From the NCBI GenBank assembly GCA_013239625.1, contig MU054662.1:2487709-2551708 (forward strand): a stretch of 64,000 nucleotides of DNA, in the 5' to 3' direction. This document shows positions 11,255 to 24,022 of this stretch, in pieces. The position numbers were made by a program, and so were the translations under genes. The stretch comes from Lama guanicoe. Lineage: Eukaryota. Each line of letters begins with the position of its first letter. The first letter of the stretch is position 1. The notes under the pieces were generated by a model. It saw only the letters and a list, made by a program, of their open reading frames with translations, was not told the origin of the DNA and made no database searches.

Positions 11255-12530
11255 TTTTATCTTACTCGTCCCATCAGAGGCATTTACCCATCTGACCACC
11301 TCTTTCTTACTGAGATTCTTAACTTCCCTTGGCTTCCATGATGCCATTTTATCCCAGGTCCCCACTCCCTCCCTGCGACACCTGCTCAGTCCCCTTTCCT
11401 GATTCCTCTCCCTGTCCCACACCGAATGTGAGTGTGCCCCAAAGTCCTAACCCTCCTTCTCTATCTAGACTCTCTCCCTTGGTTTTTGCATCTACTTCCA
11501 TGGCTTTAAATCCCACCCATATGCCAATGGCTTCCCAGGTCCAAATGTTACCTTGATCTTCCCAAAGTAAGAAAAGAACTGCTTCCTTTTCACCCTCACC
11601 TGGATGTCTAACAGTCATTTCAAAGTGACATGTCCCAAACAGAACCTTTAGCTCCGCCCCGGCACTCCAACCTGTTTCTCCAAGTCTTCCCATTCTCCAT
11701 ACAGGGCCTTCTAATCTCTCCAGATGCTAATCCAAAAATAGAGGCATTGTCCTTTTTCTGTTATGCCCCCATCCAGTCATCAGTAAGTCTTGTTGGCTTG
11801 CTCTCCAAATATATCCCAGATCCATCTACTTCTCTCTGAGTATATTGCCATGACCTGGTCTAAGCTTCCTTTATTTCCTACCCAGGCCCTGGGGGGTTGA
11901 CTGTTCTTTCTGCTTCCATTCTTGCCCTCTTATCATCCACTCTCCACTCGGCAGCCAAAGCATTCTTTAAAAACAAACAAAACTAAACAAAAGAAACACC
12001 TGTCATCTCTTCCAGTAGCTTGCCACAGCACTTAAAATCCAAACTCCTTCCCATGACTTAATCAAAGCCTTCGCGTAATCTGGTCCCTGCCTACAAGCCC
12101 CCCAGCTGTATGGCCCCCTCGTTCTTATTCACACTCCTCCGGCCACCGTGGCTCCCTTGAGGACAAGACCATTTCCACTTTGGGCCTTTGCACTGGCTGT
12201 TCCCTGCCCCTGATTTTCACACAGCTGGCTCCTTCCTGTCCTTTGGGTCTGAGCTAAATGTCACCTCCCCAGACAGGCCTTTGCTGACAATCTGCTTTGC
12301 AGTGGATCCAGACCCTCTCTTGCCTTACTCTGTTTCCATTCTCTGCACAGCACTGGCCACAGCCTGATATTTATTTACTCGTCCATGCGGGCTGTTTTTC
12401 TTGTTGGTTTGTTACCTGTCTCCTCTAGAACATCATTCGTTTTGTTTACCACAATATGCTGAGTACCTAGAACACAGCTTGGCATGTTGTAGGTACTCAA
12501 TAAATATTTATTAAGTAAGTGAGTAAATGG
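11255..12530 (+). mobile_element. L2 LINE, about 1.3 kb (RT relic to 3' end)
   Basis: RT relic (ILLVPSEAF...SLGFHDAILS versus LLDLSAAF...SLGFRD), tcacctggatgtctaacag, ggcctttgcactggctgttccc, terminus gtaggtactcaataaatatttattaagtaagtgagt. Confidence 0.9.
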
Positions 12531-12679
12531 AAGATCCCACTCAGTTCTAGAGGTACATGATATATTTAGATTATTTAATAACGAATGTAGTTTTGAATGT
12601 GGAGTAATTGGGAAGTGTTTCCTTGTTTCTCATAGGCACTGAGCTTTCTGGATGTTTTAGCTGTGCTTCTCGGAGACAC

Positions 12680-12782
12680 GGTGAATTCTGTGAAGATAGG
12701 GACCAGGCATCACTCATCCTCAAGTGTTCCCAGAGCTCAGGGTTGAGCTGCACAAGTATTTGTTAAGAGAGTGAATGGATGG
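12680..12782 (+). mobile_element. L2 3' end fragment
   Basis: ctgtgaagatagggacca...aagtatttgttaagagagtgaatggatg. Confidence 0.55.
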
Positions 12783-13074
12783 TCTTCTCCTGGGCTAAGT
12801 AAGGAAATGGGGTGAAGAAGGGAGGAATGTGCCCTGGTGGGGTCAGGATGCTATCGCTACTTGGTTGGGCCTCTGGGTCAGCCCCGCTCTCTACCTCCTG
12901 GGCTGGCTGCCTCTAAAGCTCCTTCCTTGTACACGGTGAGAACAGAGCCAAGTCCCCAGCACCTGTCCCACCTGCGCGCCGGCTCTAGGAACCTGGGGTC
13001 AACTTTAGCTCCAAGGGGCCATCTGGTGGTAGACAGAGTAAGGCCGGTGAGGGGTTAAGTCTGGACCGTGAGTG

Positions 13075-13265
13075 CACTGTGTGACCTTGGGCAGGTCCTT
13101 CATCTCTCTGTGTCTCCATTTCTTTATTTGTAAAAAAGAATAAATCACAGTCAGAGGTGCTCACGGGATTGCTGTGATGATGACATGAGGAGATGTCTGA
13201 AAACTCTTTGTGGGGTGCCTTGCACACAATAGTTGCTCAATAAATGTTGGCCATTTTAATCATCA
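13075..13265 (+). mobile_element. MIR SINE
   Basis: ctgtgtgaccttgggcagg...tctctgtgtctccatttct...gctcaataaatgttgg. Confidence 0.8.
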
Positions 13266-13387
13266 TTAAGAGTTACCACCTTAAGCTGGGACCTGGGTAC
13301 CAGGATGCTCTGCTAGGACTTCCTTATCTCTCCTCACCCTTTGCAGCCACAGGCAAGTCATCTGGAGCCTTCCTCTTCTCTGCCTTT

Positions 13388-13519
13388 NNNNNNNNNNNNN
13401 NNNNNNNNNNNNNNNNNNNNNNNNNNNNNNNNNNNNNNNNNNNNNNNNNNNNNNNNNNNNNNNNNNNNNNNNNNNNNNNNNNNNNNNNNNNNNNNNNNNN
13501 NNNNNNNNNNNNNNNNNNN
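13388..13519. other. N run, 132 nt
   Basis: n characters. Confidence 0.99.
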
Positions 13520-13994
13520 AGCCACAAGCAGAGAGAAGGTGCTGAACAGGGTCCTAAAATTATACAGATTACAGAACAATGAGGAGAGTTGAGAAAGTGG
13601 CTATTAAGCTCTGAGGCTGGGGCCCCAGCTCTGCCAGCCTGCCAAGGTATTCAAGCCAGAACAAAAAACTCACAGTCATTCTAATGCAAAACTCCGTGGT
13701 GAGCCCAGGAGGCTGAATGTCTTCAACAAATGTCACAGACTGGAAGGGACCATCGTAGGTCGCTGAGCCAAGGCTGCTTCTTTGGAAGAGAACTGCAACC
13801 AATGTGGCCTTTTTGCCCCTTTGAAGGATGTGCTGTGCCTGTGGCTTCGAGACAGGAAGGGACTCCTGGCCAGAGTGATTGTACTTAACACCAGTTACCA
13901 CATATCACCGACTCGCCATGAAAGTGTAGTGATCTAGTAAATGCCTGGCGTTCAGGATTTTTACATGAATGCATTCTCTCTTTTTCGCAGGAGT

Positions 13995-14300
13995 CAACTT
14001 TATCAAGGAATTATTTATATTCAGTAAAACTCACCCTTTTAGGGTACGGTTCTGGAAGTCTGAACATACATCGATAGTCTTGTAACCACCCCCAAAATCA
14101 AGATACAGAACATTCCTTCATCTGCCAGATTCCATCATGTCCCTTTGTTGTCAGCCCTTCCCCCATCCTCAGCTCCTGGGAACCACCGATCTGTTTTCTG
14201 TCCTTGTAGTCTTGTCCTTTCTGGAATATCATATAAACGGAATTATGTCACAGGTAGCCTTTCAAGACTTGCTTCTTTCACCTAGTACAATGCATCTGAG
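13995..14300 (-). mobile_element. old L1M (L1MB/MC-like) 3' end
   Basis: gtaaccacccccaaaatcaagatacagaacatt; ctgggaaccaccgatctgttttctgt; gcttctttcacctagtacaatgc. Confidence 0.85.
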
Positions 14301-14344
14301 CATAATGCATTAAGATTAATGCATGTAAAATCCACGCACCGAGA

Positions 14345-14550
14345 ATCTTACATGCCCATGTTACCTTTTCTCATCCTCAAGACGATTCTGAATTAGGTAC
14401 TCTTAGTATCGCCATTGTATAGATGAGGAAGTTGAGGCTTAGAAATGTTAGTTAACTTGATTAAGGTTTCACAGCTGGTAAATCAAGGAATCTAGAATTA
14501 AACTCAGATTTCTGATCTCAAAGCCCGTGGATTTAATATCACCGTGGCAA
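14345..14550 (-). mobile_element. MIR SINE
   Basis: ccattgtatagatgaggaagttgaggcttagaaatgttagttaacttg...cacagctggtaa. Confidence 0.85.
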
Positions 14551-15794
14551 TCCCCAGGCATAGCAGGGTATGGCCTTTCTAAAAACCAACATGGCAAACT
14601 TGGTTCATTGTTTGAATTGATTCTACCCTCTTTTCCAGAGGCCCTTCTTGTCCCCTGAGTTCACTTCCATCTTCCTAAAATTCACTTCCTCTTGTATGTG
14701 AATTAGAGACCCACGCCTGAGCCCTAGATTACAACTTCCTATAAGAAACACCACAGTTTCCACAGAGGCAGAAACCCGCGTGACCGTGGGATGCGGACTC
14801 TGGATCAAGTAAGAGCAAGTGTATTTTGAGAAGATAAGGATGAGTGCAGGGGACGAGAGGGGGCATCTGGGACTTGCAGAAAAGAAGGGCAAAGCTGTTT
14901 TCATTGTAAGAATCACAGCCTGCTCTCTTTTGCACTCGGTGTCTCATTTTACTTCAGCTGCTGCTTTGTTGAGTTTGGGCTCTGTAGCCATTTACAAGTC
15001 CAGTGGGATCTGGGGTGCAATGTGGTTTGAAACCACAAAACCATTCTCCATTTCTTTGGAGAAGTGCTGACGGGGGCGGTGGAAGGCGGCGTTGATACGG
15101 ACTCGGCAATTAATGCACCAACAAAGGCATTTTCCTCATGCTGGGTCCCTGATGACCTGCCGGTGGAGGGAGGGATGAGCCGGCTTCTACAGCCCACGTG
15201 ACCCTTTTCTCCCCCCACCCCCCACTATCTCAACAATTATTAAGATGTGCATGAAAGTGCATTGACCTAGTTGGAGGTTTCATAAATATAAATAAATTAA
15301 ATGGTTACGCCTAAGGATGCCTGGGCAAGTGTGCGGGGAGGAAGGGAGAGAGTTGCTCATGGTTCGATGGAGAGTGAGGGGCCCCTCAAGCCTGCCGAGT
15401 GAAACCCGGAGAGGACTAGACTGAGGGAGAGGAAAGAACCTACAGGGCCTGGCCTCAGTGCCAGGACCGTCTGTTTCTGAGACTGGCTGAGCTTGGCGCC
15501 CCGGCCAGTGGATCATGTCTGTGCTGGGATGCGGACCCCCTCGGTCCCCCCGGGTCTGGCCTGCACAGTGGGGTGGCCCCCGAAAGCCCCAACTAGTGAC
15601 TTCGGCCTGCCAGCAGCCTGGTCAGTTCTTCCCAGTGATCTGGAAAGAAAGATTTTCTTTTTGTGCTTTGAAGTAAATAAGGTTGAAGGTAAAGAAGGCT
15701 GGGGAGGTGGGTGGGGGCTGGGATGGAAATTTCAATACTGATTTTTGAGGGGGACAGTAGACCGGAAAATGTTAACAGTCCTTCACTCTTTCCC

Positions 15795-15950
15795 AAGCAC
15801 TTTCGTATTATAATCTCATTTCATTCTTACAACAAGTTTGCACAGGAGGCAGTGATATTATTGGCACTGTCATTCCCATTTTACAGATGAGAACACTGAG
15901 GCCCAGGGGGGATGAAGTGAATGACACAGTCACCCAGTGACTAGGGGGTT
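15795..15950 (-). mobile_element. MIR SINE
   Basis: cccattttacagatgagaacactgaggcccag. Confidence 0.85.
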
Positions 15951-16079
15951 TCTGAATTCATGATACCATAGCCTTTTTCCCTCCCCACCCTGCTCTGCAG
16001 GGGGTCGGGGGGTCTGGACAGTCTTGGGATCCTCGCCTCTCATTTCTTCTTTGTTTTTACTGCCTCTTCTGTCACCAGA

Positions 16080-16530
16080 ACTCTCACATCTGAGTCTCCT
16101 GGCCTCTAGTCTGTCCCCTTCCAATTCCTCCTGCTCCTCTGCCAGGCAAGACTGCTCCCACCTCAGCATCCCTCTGGCTCAAGATTCCTCTGCCCCCCTT
16201 TACCTAAGGGATGCTCTCAAAGTGCAAGCCTGCCCCTTTAGCCTCTGCGATCTGACTCGGCTCACCCCACATGAGTCCCGTGCCCATTGGAATCGGAATG
16301 CCTGCCCTCCTTCAAGGCTCGGCTGCAGTCCCGCCTCCTTGGCTGACTTTCTGGATTATCCCAGCCCACGCTGCTCTCTCCCTTAACCCTGTCACAAGCG
16401 CCATTACTCTCTGCCTTGCATTGCTAGTCACCCCTGTCCATGTACGTGTCTGCCTGCCTCCCATTAGCCCGTGAGCCCTCCAGGGAGCGTCTGACATTAT
16501 ACCTTTGACCCCCACTGCCTTGGGACCGGT
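16080..16530 (+). mobile_element. L2, highly degraded
   Basis: agtctcctggcctctagtctgtcccctt...tgtctgcctgcctcccattagcccgtgagccctccaggg. Confidence 0.5.
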
Positions 16531-17489
16531 TGTAGTGCACTGTCTCCACGTCTTCCTCCCCAGCGTGGGGAGCGGCTGAACCCGGAGTTCTCAGCAGCCC
16601 TTTCTAACTCCACGCTCCCGACGATTGTGGTCCAGCGCGGACAGTGGTGTAAAGACTGATACGGCTAACATTGCTCTTCTCTTCGAATTTGCATTTTAAC
16701 AGGCGCAAGGCTTTCGGCCAAAGGGAAGAAGCACTGACGTTTTGGATGGTGGTGGTGGGGGGGTGCTTCCTAGAACCCTGCGGGGGGCCATCTCCTCAGG
16801 ACCCAGGGCCAAGCCTGCTTTGTGGAGATTATTCTACTCCCCACTCCCTCCTCCCCCACCTCCCCCACTTCCCCATGCAGCATTAAGGGATCCTCAGGGA
16901 ACTAAGAAAATAGAAACACATTTAAATTCTTTTCCGCTTCTGTCCTCTTGCATTCAGATGACTGACTCATGCCGGCCTCATCTCCCCTGTCTCTAACTTC
17001 GGGGCTCTAACCCCAAGGGGCAGGAATAAGTCTTTGTTCTAGCTCCATTTTCACATCTGAAACTCAGATGCTGGGATTCTTGATCTGATTCGCCATCTGC
17101 CCCTACCCCAACCAGGCTAGAGTCCTACCTACCAGCCCTCAGGGGCCAGACTCCATCCCAAGGTGGGACCTTTTTGAGGAATAATCAATCCCGAAGCTGA
17201 GTGAGAAAGCAAGACATCTGTCTGCATCAGACCTATATCAAGGCATTGCAAGGGACCGGGTTTGCCCAGATCCAGAGGGCGCCCCTTGGTTACCTGGCGG
17301 AATCAGTAAGACTTGCTCAGGGAGAAACTAGACTGCTTCTGTTTCCACCTTTCAGGGTCTTCAGAGCAAAGCTCTCAGGGCCCAGGTAGCTTCTGGGTTC
17401 TGAGTCAGGAAAAATCAGATGTGTGCTTCATCCCGTGTTGGTTTTGAACAGCTTTGCATGTTGATTATTAAATTGGGACAGAGAGGATA

Positions 17490-17670
17490 TGGCACATCCA
17501 ACACAGTGGCAAAGAGCATGAGCTTGGGACATGGTACTGTCTCCTCATCTGTGAAATGTTTTAACGGCAGGACTCACCCACTGAGTTGTGAGGAGGATGA
17601 GAGGTTACCCAGAATGGCGCTTGGCACACGGCAGGTCTGCAGTAAATGGTAGCCCTTGTTATTATAACAT
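17490..17670 (+). mobile_element. MIR SINE
   Basis: tcctcatctgtgaaatg...gttgtgaggaggatga...ggcacacggcagg...agtaaatggtagc. Confidence 0.75.
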
Positions 17671-18459
17671 GACTTGGATTCAGAGCAACTGTTACTGGCT
17701 AGTCATGGCTAGCCTGACTATTTGCTACCATCTCATTTTGATGATTCGATCCAGATCACCCTTGTCAATATTCTACCCCAGGATTATTCTGGGCTTCCTT
17801 TCTTTACAGTCATCCAGTGTTTCCATGTGACTCATTTCATTTTGATGCTCAGCGAAACGGAATTAGGAATTCATATTTTCTAGCCCCAGAAGTGCATTTT
17901 AAATCAAATGGAGATGATTTGGGGGGGCGGTTATCTGTTGTTTTAAGCGAGCAGTTTCACAGTTTCTACAAATACATCTTGTGCAAGTGCATAAGTGGAG
18001 CAGCGCTGATATTTCAGGGATGTCGCCGGGACACTGAGGTCGCACAGCTGACTTCTAATAGCATACCCTGTTGATCTTCACCGAGCGGTAATGCGTCGGG
18101 TGCGGCAGCAGGACAAGACTGGTGGCAAAACGGGTGTCGTGGAGCTCAGGGAGTGTGAGTGGCCAGGCCAGGGGACCCCACTCATTCCTGGAGGCCGCGC
18201 TGAAATGTCACTTCCTCCCTGAAACCTTCTTGGCCAATTTATTGTCAGAATGAATCACACCTTTCCATGCTCTCCTAGCGTTTGTGTTTATACCACAAGA
18301 CTTCACTGACAGTCCTGTCGAGTACCCCGAGGACAGGTTGGTCTCTGATTCACCCAAATGTCCTAAGCATCCAGCACCACGCCTGGAGCAGGGGAACTTC
18401 TCAGTAAGTTTGCTGAGAAACGCATGAATGCCCTTTGTGTGACTGGCCACTTCTAGAAC

Positions 18460-18600
18460 CTCAGAAGGCAGAGGGGAGGGACCTGAGAGCCAACTGGACC
18501 AACTTCCTCCTTTTACAGAAACTAGGGAGGGGAAGTGATGTCCCTAAGATCACATGTTTGGTGGCAGAGCTGGGATGAGAATGCAGGTCTCTTGACTCTA
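18460..18600 (-). mobile_element. MIR3/MIR fragment
   Basis: gggacctgagag...ccttttacagaaact...gtggcagagctgggatgagaa...tcttgactc. Confidence 0.7.
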
Positions 18601-19779
18601 TCCTGCACCTGGCAGCTGCCTGCTCCCTGCTTCCCATCTTACCCGCTCTCCTCCACCTGTGGACACTAGAGCATGATCTGTGCTCTGTGGAGGATGGATG
18701 TGTGGGGCCTGGGGACCCCACCTCCAAGGCACAGGAAACAACCAATCCTTCAGAGTCTTCCATTGTGACCCCACAAGATAGCCATCTGGGTGGGGAAGGA
18801 CCCCTTTGCAACACTCCAGTGGAGAGACCAACTTTTGTCCTTAACCTCCCACCCCTAGATTTAGGGCAGCCTGCCCGTTGACATGCCCTGGTCCACAAAG
18901 TGGGGTATCATTCCTGGTAAAGCCCACCTTGAGTTAAAGGGGCATCTCACCCTTCTTCCTTCCCCCAACTCAGTCCTGGAAGCAACACCCTCTTTTTCTA
19001 ATGCTCCCTTCCCAGACACCCTATTTCCCATGCTCCAGAGACACATCCAGCTCATCTCTTTGGGGAGACCCAAGCTTGCCACGAGACATGAAATCCAAAT
19101 CTGGGACCTTTTCGGGAGATCGGGTGTCCATAGCAGCACTGGATTTAACCCTGCTCTCTCCAGTTCCCCTTTCCCTACCTAAAGCACAGGATGATGCTTA
19201 AATTGTGCTGGGGAGGGGGCTGACGGCACAGGGTAGTCTGAGCTCTCCCCAGTGTTCCTCCCTGACAGCGGCGGAGGGACTCCCCCTTGATGCCTTGCTT
19301 CTTTCAGCTCCCCATTCTCTGGTCTCGCTTCTCTTTGCTTGGAGGGGAAATGCTGGATAGGAGGGCCTTATATGCTCAATCAAAAGAATTGAGAAAAGGT
19401 CTTCTGGAAGCCCCTTTGGGTCTAGGGAGCCAGCTAGAAACTTCCGGAGAGGCTCTCATTACCTGCAGCCTTCCCTCTCTCCCTCTGCCCAGTCGGTCAC
19501 ATCTGCTCATGCTTCCAGGATGGGTTTCTAAGGGCAGGGAGGAGCCTTCAGGATCCAGCTCTTCTACCAGCTGGGCAATACAATGTTCTCTCATCCTCTG
19601 ACGGGCATTGCTCAAGGCAGATTCCTGTAGGAGGAACCATTTTCCAGACTCAGATTGTTTCCCAGTGTTTCAGTGATTTGCTGAAGTTGTCGGGCACCTT
19701 AGCTTCGGGGGATAAAGATTGCCCAGTGCCAAGCCCAAGTTGACCTTGTTGGAGTATAGTGATGACTGCAAAGTGAAGC

Positions 19780-19930
19780 TCCGTGGGGCGCTACCCCTCA
19801 GTATCCTGCAGTCCCATCTGACCCTATCCTCTAGGACAGACACACAGCCAAGTTGGCCCCTCTCTGGACAAGTTCTTCGGGCAGGTGGCCACACACTGTG
19901 GTAGCCATGCAACTTTTTTCTCTTTTTTTT
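19780..19930 (-). mobile_element. possible L3/CR1 relic
   Basis: Reverse complement agaggggccaacttggctgtgtgtctgtcctagaggatagggtc loosely resembles the CR1 ORF2 3' region. Confidence 0.3.
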
Positions 19931-20029
19931 GGCAAGAGGTCATTCCTATTGCTGCTCCCCCCGGGGTGCCTTCTGAAGCCAAGACTTGTCACCATGGCCC
20001 ACTCCTCTCGGTAACAGAAAGAGCTGACA

Positions 20030-20240
20030 CATGGGGCAATGAATAAGTGTTACAAGCATTATCTCATTTAATTCTCTCAATCTCCCCACTCATGATGTAG
20101 ACACTATCTCTATTTAATAGTTGAAGAAATTGGGAGTGAAAGGTTAGTAACTTGCTCAAGGTCAACCAGTTAGAAAATGCCGGAGCCAGGAATCCCCCGA
20201 GGCAGGCTCTTGACACTCAACTCTGTGCTCCTTCCAACCT
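20030..20240 (-). mobile_element. MIR SINE
   Basis: gcattatctcatttaattctc...ggttagtaacttgctcaaggtca. Confidence 0.75.
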
Positions 20241-20939
20241 CCCCGTCACGCTGTCACCCCGTCACCCCCTCCCCACTACTTCTCTGTGGCCCTGGGCTTT
20301 GCCTCCCAGCACCTGCTCTGCTCCTCAGCCCCACTGCAGGTTGCGGGATGCCAGTGACTGCTGTCATCCTGGTCCAGGCTGTGAGTATTGATGACATCTC
20401 CCTCTCACCGCACCACCCCCACGCCTCCCCAGGGAGCCTGGGACCCCAGATGGAGGAGCTGCCTGTCAGAGCTGAGTCAGACCAATGCTCTCGAGGTCTC
20501 TCTGCAGCCTGGAGCCCCGGCTGTCTTGCAGAGCCATCACTGAAATGATGAACTGAAGGAGCAGGGGACAGGTTCGGAGCAGTTACTCTTCTGGGAGTGG
20601 AAAATGAAAGGGAAGGAAAATGTGACTTTACAAAAGAAAAAGTCTCCGTTGGTTTTCAGGATTAGAGCCGTTCTTGATCTTCACACCTCCTCTCTGTCCC
20701 TTACTCCCACCCTGACAGAGTCAGAGGCAGAGCAAGCCTGTACTGACAGGGGCCTTTCAGAAGGGTCCCATCCCCGGGGGCAGTGGGAGGGCTGTGTTGA
20801 GTCTTTCTGTGCCTGCAAGAGCCCCGTGGTCCTGAAGGAGTCACTGCCCTTCTCTGCCCAGAATCCTCGGATAGCAAAGTCTGACATCCTGGGACTTGGT
20901 GACACCATCATTCTAAACCTCACTGTAACTCACCATCAC

Positions 20940-21160
20940 CACTGACATGGCACTTCAACGTGGCAGGCGCCATTCTAAGCACGTCAGTGATTTGAATTTG
21001 CTTAATCCTATGACCACCCTCTGGGCTAGGTTCCACTGTCACCCCCATTTCAAGGTTGAGGAGGCTGGGGTGCCTAAGGTGACATAGCTAGAAGGCGGCA
21101 GATCCAGGAGGAGACTCAGGCAGCCTGGCACCAGGGTTTGTGCCCTTAACTACCCCTGAG
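20940..21160 (-). mobile_element. MIR SINE
   Basis: gtggcaggcgccattctaagcac...cccccatttcaaggttgaggag...aaggtgacatagcta. Confidence 0.75.
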
Positions 21161-22869
21161 GCTGCCTCTCTGCTGGCTTCGTCAGGGGCCCCTCTTGGAA
21201 GGTGTAACATGCTAGTGCCTTTCCTGTCCCTCTGGGACAAACGGGTCCCCTCGCTGAGGATCAAGTGCCCCTTTGGTCATCAGGGGGCCTATCTGGTCAC
21301 TTCTGGTTTCCAGTCTGGCCTTAGGTTGTCCATGCAAACTGCAGGGGCAAATTAATCCAGGATAACACGGGCTGCAGCTCTCACACAAAGCCGTGTTGAC
21401 AAAGCCCTCCTCCCCCACCACCGAGGCCCCTGAGCGGGTGCATCGAGGGGCCTGAAGCGTTTTGTAGGTTATTATGCAAACACACATGCGCCCTGGATGC
21501 CAGTGAGGCAGAGCCAGAGCCTTCACACCCCACAGCCCCGGCCGGGTTGCTGGAGAAAGCTCCAAAGTACATTGTCATCAAGGGACTGTCAAGTGCTAAA
21601 CATTTGAGATGCTTGTATCCAAACAGAAGGATCCAATGGGGCGGGGTGGGGCAGGCTGAGTTCCAAACATTGACATCAACACCCAGGATGGGAAGTGGGT
21701 GGGAGAGGTCAGCTTGGGGTTCCTGTCTCCGTCCCCACAGCTAGCCCACCTCACTGGATCCTTTTCCTCCTTCTCCTCTTCCTCCTGCTCCCAGCTCCCT
21801 CTCCCTCTGACAATTGAGAGCATCATGCAGGATCAGGGGACCCTGCTGTCATCTGTAGAGAGGAAAATGAGCCTCATCGACCCAAATAAATAAAATAAGT
21901 GCACGCAGGGGGAGAGCAGCTGCTGCGAAGAACAAGGCACAATTTTTGGAGGCTCTGGCAGGGAGAGTTGGGGTCGGGGACATAGAGGCTTCCACTTTGG
22001 CTTATTCCAAGACTGGGATGAGACTGGGGAAGTGGATGGCGGCCTCCTCCTCCACCATGATCAAATACCAGCCTGAGAGGGGGTCTGTAAATACAGAGAA
22101 GCAGATGACAGGCATCACTGCGTATTAAAATGCAAGCGAACAGCGCTGCCTCCTGCCGATGTCCCCCTCCGCCTTGGAGAGACTGTTAGACCAAGCTGGA
22201 TCAGATGCACGGGCAGACCTTCCTCCTGTCACCCAGCTATTCATTTATTCAAAACAAACACGCGCTCAAACTCCTTTCATTCTAGGTGAACAAAGCAAAC
22301 ACATTCGGCAGGCAGAACACCCCCATCCACCAACTTCCCCCAACTCAATGTGTTTTCATTAATATAAATTGTTTGCAGTAGGCAAATTAATTCTAGAAAT
22401 GGTTTTTAGACATGGCAAATCATCCTTGTAAAGCAGAAGATGCGTGAGAGCCCTCTGCTTTTTTGTATGCACCAGGGATCTTAGGTAAATATAATAATGT
22501 TGATAATGATAATCGATGCTTATTACAATGGCCAGGCTTAATGACCTGCAGCACTTAGAGCTGATCAGAGTGGATGGATCCAAATTTTGAGTTGCACAGG
22601 ACCCTGGGAGTGGGGTAAGTGACGAGATACAGAAGGCTTGGAACTGGGGAGTTCTTAGCATATTTTAAAACTTGTCTTTATAGAGGGCTTCCCTGTTTAA
22701 AAATAATTTATTACCCTTTTTGAGGTTGATATCAACAAGACACACAGGCACAGCCCCATTGTCCCGGTGAAAGGGTGGGGCCACGAGAGGTGAAGTGATT
22801 GGGTTACTGGCTAGTAATGGACTGAAATTCAAATGACCTTGGTTCAAATCTCCCATTTCTTTCCCCATA

Positions 22870-23178
22870 CCTGGGCTCCTAGACTTCAGGGATTGGGTCC
22901 CACTAGGAATTTTTTTTTGCCTTATCTAAATACATCTGCATTATTATTTATTTAATATCATCAAAATTGACCTTCAATCACCAAACTTTTGGGGCTGGCC
23001 TCATCTACAATGATATCTATGAAACCACGGGCTTGATGAGCTGGTTCTAACTTTTTCAAAATGAAGATTGGAATAAATACAAAACTTCTTTTTTTTTTTC
23101 ATTGCTTGTCTAGGCACCTCACAGAATCACCCAGTGTACCACGAGGGCACTGGTACCACATTTTTAGAAGTACTGGCT
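22870..23178. mobile_element. hAT-Charlie-like DNA transposon fragment
   Basis: Terminus aatcacccagtgtaccac...ggtaccacatttttagaagtactg. Confidence 0.45.
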
Positions 23179-23554
23179 TACACCCCAAAGCAGCAGCCTG
23201 CAAGACCCGGATGTTCTTGTCATTACTGGCTGCCCCGCCCCCATGACCTGCCAGAAAGTATTGTTCCTCCCACGGGAGTCCTGCTAGGGGTCTGCAGTAC
23301 GTCCTTGGCAGACCTGTGACCCTGCCATAGCCCAGAGGAGGAGCATGAGGCTGAGGACAGAATCTACCTGAGCCCAGTTTGGGGTCTGGGGATGGGGGAG
23401 TTCAGAGCCGCTGCAGAAAGGGCTACAGGTCAAACTCTAATAGGAGAGTGCAGTGGGGTTGGGGGAGTGTCCCAGAGCAATGGCTCTGAGACATGTGGCC
23501 ATAAGCCACCAAGACCCTCAAATGCAGACTGAGAACTATATGAGGACAAGGAAG

Positions 23555-23805
23555 TATTGTTGATTTCATAAGCAGTGATATGACCATATGGTTCTATGGG
23601 AGACAGCCTCATTTCTTTTAAAGATTCACACTGAGCTGCACAGAAGTAAACTCACAGAAGGCCTGGGATTAACTTTAAAACCCCAGCACGAAGTAGAAGA
23701 GAGATAAGAACCAACGTGGACAAAGCTTAATCGCTGTTAAACTGAGTGATGAGGTGATGGGCATATGCAATTCATTATTTTACGCAATTTGAAATATTTT
23801 GCAAT
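23555..23805 (+). mobile_element. old L1ME-like 3' UTR
   Basis: ctgggattaactttaaaa...gctgttaaactgagtgat...attcattat...tttgaaatattttgcaat. Confidence 0.6.
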
Positions 23806-24022
23806 CCTTATTTTTTCAGTGGACAAATAATGACGCTGGCTCAGCTAGTGTACGAAAGGGAACATTAAGACCTAGACAGAGGTAGCAGGGAGGAGGGGTG
23901 ATTTGGGGGTCTTGGGGAGAGGAAGTGTTTCTGACATCCTCAGAACGTGATGGACGTCCTGGCTCCCCCAAAGTTTGCCTTCCACTTCTCAGCCTGGCCA
24001 GGTTTCTCACTTGGCTACCGCA

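Noticed and set aside
16629-16650. Second RE1 site (also partial matches near 56277 and 59485)
   Set aside because: Only one half-site matches, or the spacing is wrong.
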